Origin: Macrostomum lignano
Taxonomy: Eukaryota
Direction of reading: 5' to 3'
NCBI GenBank assembly: GCA_002269645.1
Contig: NIVC01001006.1
Location: 62,001-126,000, forward strand
DNA: 64,000 bases
Part shown: one piece after another, positions 63,401-64,000 of the stretch
Layout of the letters: each line of letters begins with the position of its first letter
Numbering within the stretch: the first letter of the stretch is position 1
The notes under the pieces: model-generated
Seen by the model: only the letters and a program-made list of their open reading frames with translations
What the model was told of the DNA's origin: nothing
Databases searched by the model: none
Made by a program: the position numbers and the translations under genes

Positions 63401-63943
63401 GGAATTAGATGTCCGGATTTATGGGAGTTAGATGTCCGGATTTATGGAGATTAGATGTCCGATTTTATGGAGATTAGATGTCCGGATTTACGGGAATTAG
63501 ATATCAATTGGAACTTGTAGATTAGGTCTATAGATCTCTGAGCCTAAGCTCTAACCAACCAGTCGCCCCTCCTCCTCACGCTGCCGCAGGCGGTGTCGGC
63601 CGGCGTGATCGCCAACCAGACCCTGGCCTACTTCATGGCCCGCATCTTCCTGTTCATGGTGCGCTGCGGCGTGGACCGCCAGCGGCTGCGGTTCCGCCAG
63701 CACCTCAGCAACGAGATGGCGCACTACGCCTGCGACTGCTGGGACGCCGAGTGCCTGACCTCCTACGGCTGGATCGAGTGCGTTGGCTGCGCCGACCGCT
63801 CCGCCTACGACCTGACGCAGCACTCCAAAGCCTGCGGCGCCCAGCTGGTGGCCGAGAAGATGCTGGCGGAGCCGCAGGTGGTGGTCGCCAACGAAGCCGT
63901 CATAAACAAAGGCGTTGTTGGCAGGACTTTCAAAGCCGATGCC
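60426..63943 (+). CDS. GARS1: Glycyl-tRNA synthetase (eukaryotic class II), partial: exons 60426-60507, 61187-61784, 63021-63177, 63590-63943; continues beyond the window and the true start may be upstream
   Basis: [88 protein letters not shown]; splice phases are consistent. Confidence 0.96.
60570..61110. repeat. 30-bp minisatellite in GARS intron 1 (GATCTGGAATGGTGGCAGCTCAGCATTGAG)n
   Basis: About 18 copies. Confidence 0.96.
61787..62935. repeat. ~21-bp minisatellite in GARS intron 2 (GGATTCTGGAGTCTGGGATCG)n
   Basis: Tandem copies begin immediately after the donor site. Confidence 0.96.
63215..63500. repeat. ~22-bp minisatellite in GARS intron 3 (TTAGATGTCCGGATTTATGGGA)n
   Basis: About 12 copies. 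Confidence 0.95.
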
Positions 63944-64000
63944 GTGTAGGTTGCGTGCCCTGTGGTCATGTGTTCAATCGAATTTATAGAATTTACAGGG

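Overview
This is eukaryotic (metazoan, probably invertebrate) DNA with GC-rich exons, short introns, TTAGGG tracts and many satellites; it resembles a free-living flatworm such as Macrostomum, but that assignment is only an inference. Host genes: a two-exon secreted cystine-knot peptide gene (607-2220), an 11-exon ADAM17-like gene (3116-17047) split inside its catalytic exon by a young LTR retroelement, a two-exon SAMD9-like gene (50351-54696, minus) and the first coding exons of glycyl-tRNA synthetase (60426-63943). The most striking object is the Ty3/Gypsy element at 4925-15623 (minus; apparently identical 1076-bp LTRs; CCAT target duplication). Its coding order is Gag - signal/TM - cysteine-rich glycoprotein with furin site - TM - clustered LYPxI/PTAP/PPxY late domains - PR-RT-RNaseH-IN. 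These join into one ~2437-aa polyprotein if one A is added to each of three A-runs. A small myristoylation-motif RING-like ORF follows. This reads as an enveloped retrovirus-like element with env embedded between gag and pol. The second major structure is a ~23-kb head-to-tail Helitron array (26012-48812): one intact autonomous copy (9-exon RepHel) among nine non-autonomous copies, most carrying TTAGGG tracts. The rest is satellites, minisatellites and small TIR/foldback elements. All coordinates were read by hand; no searches were run.
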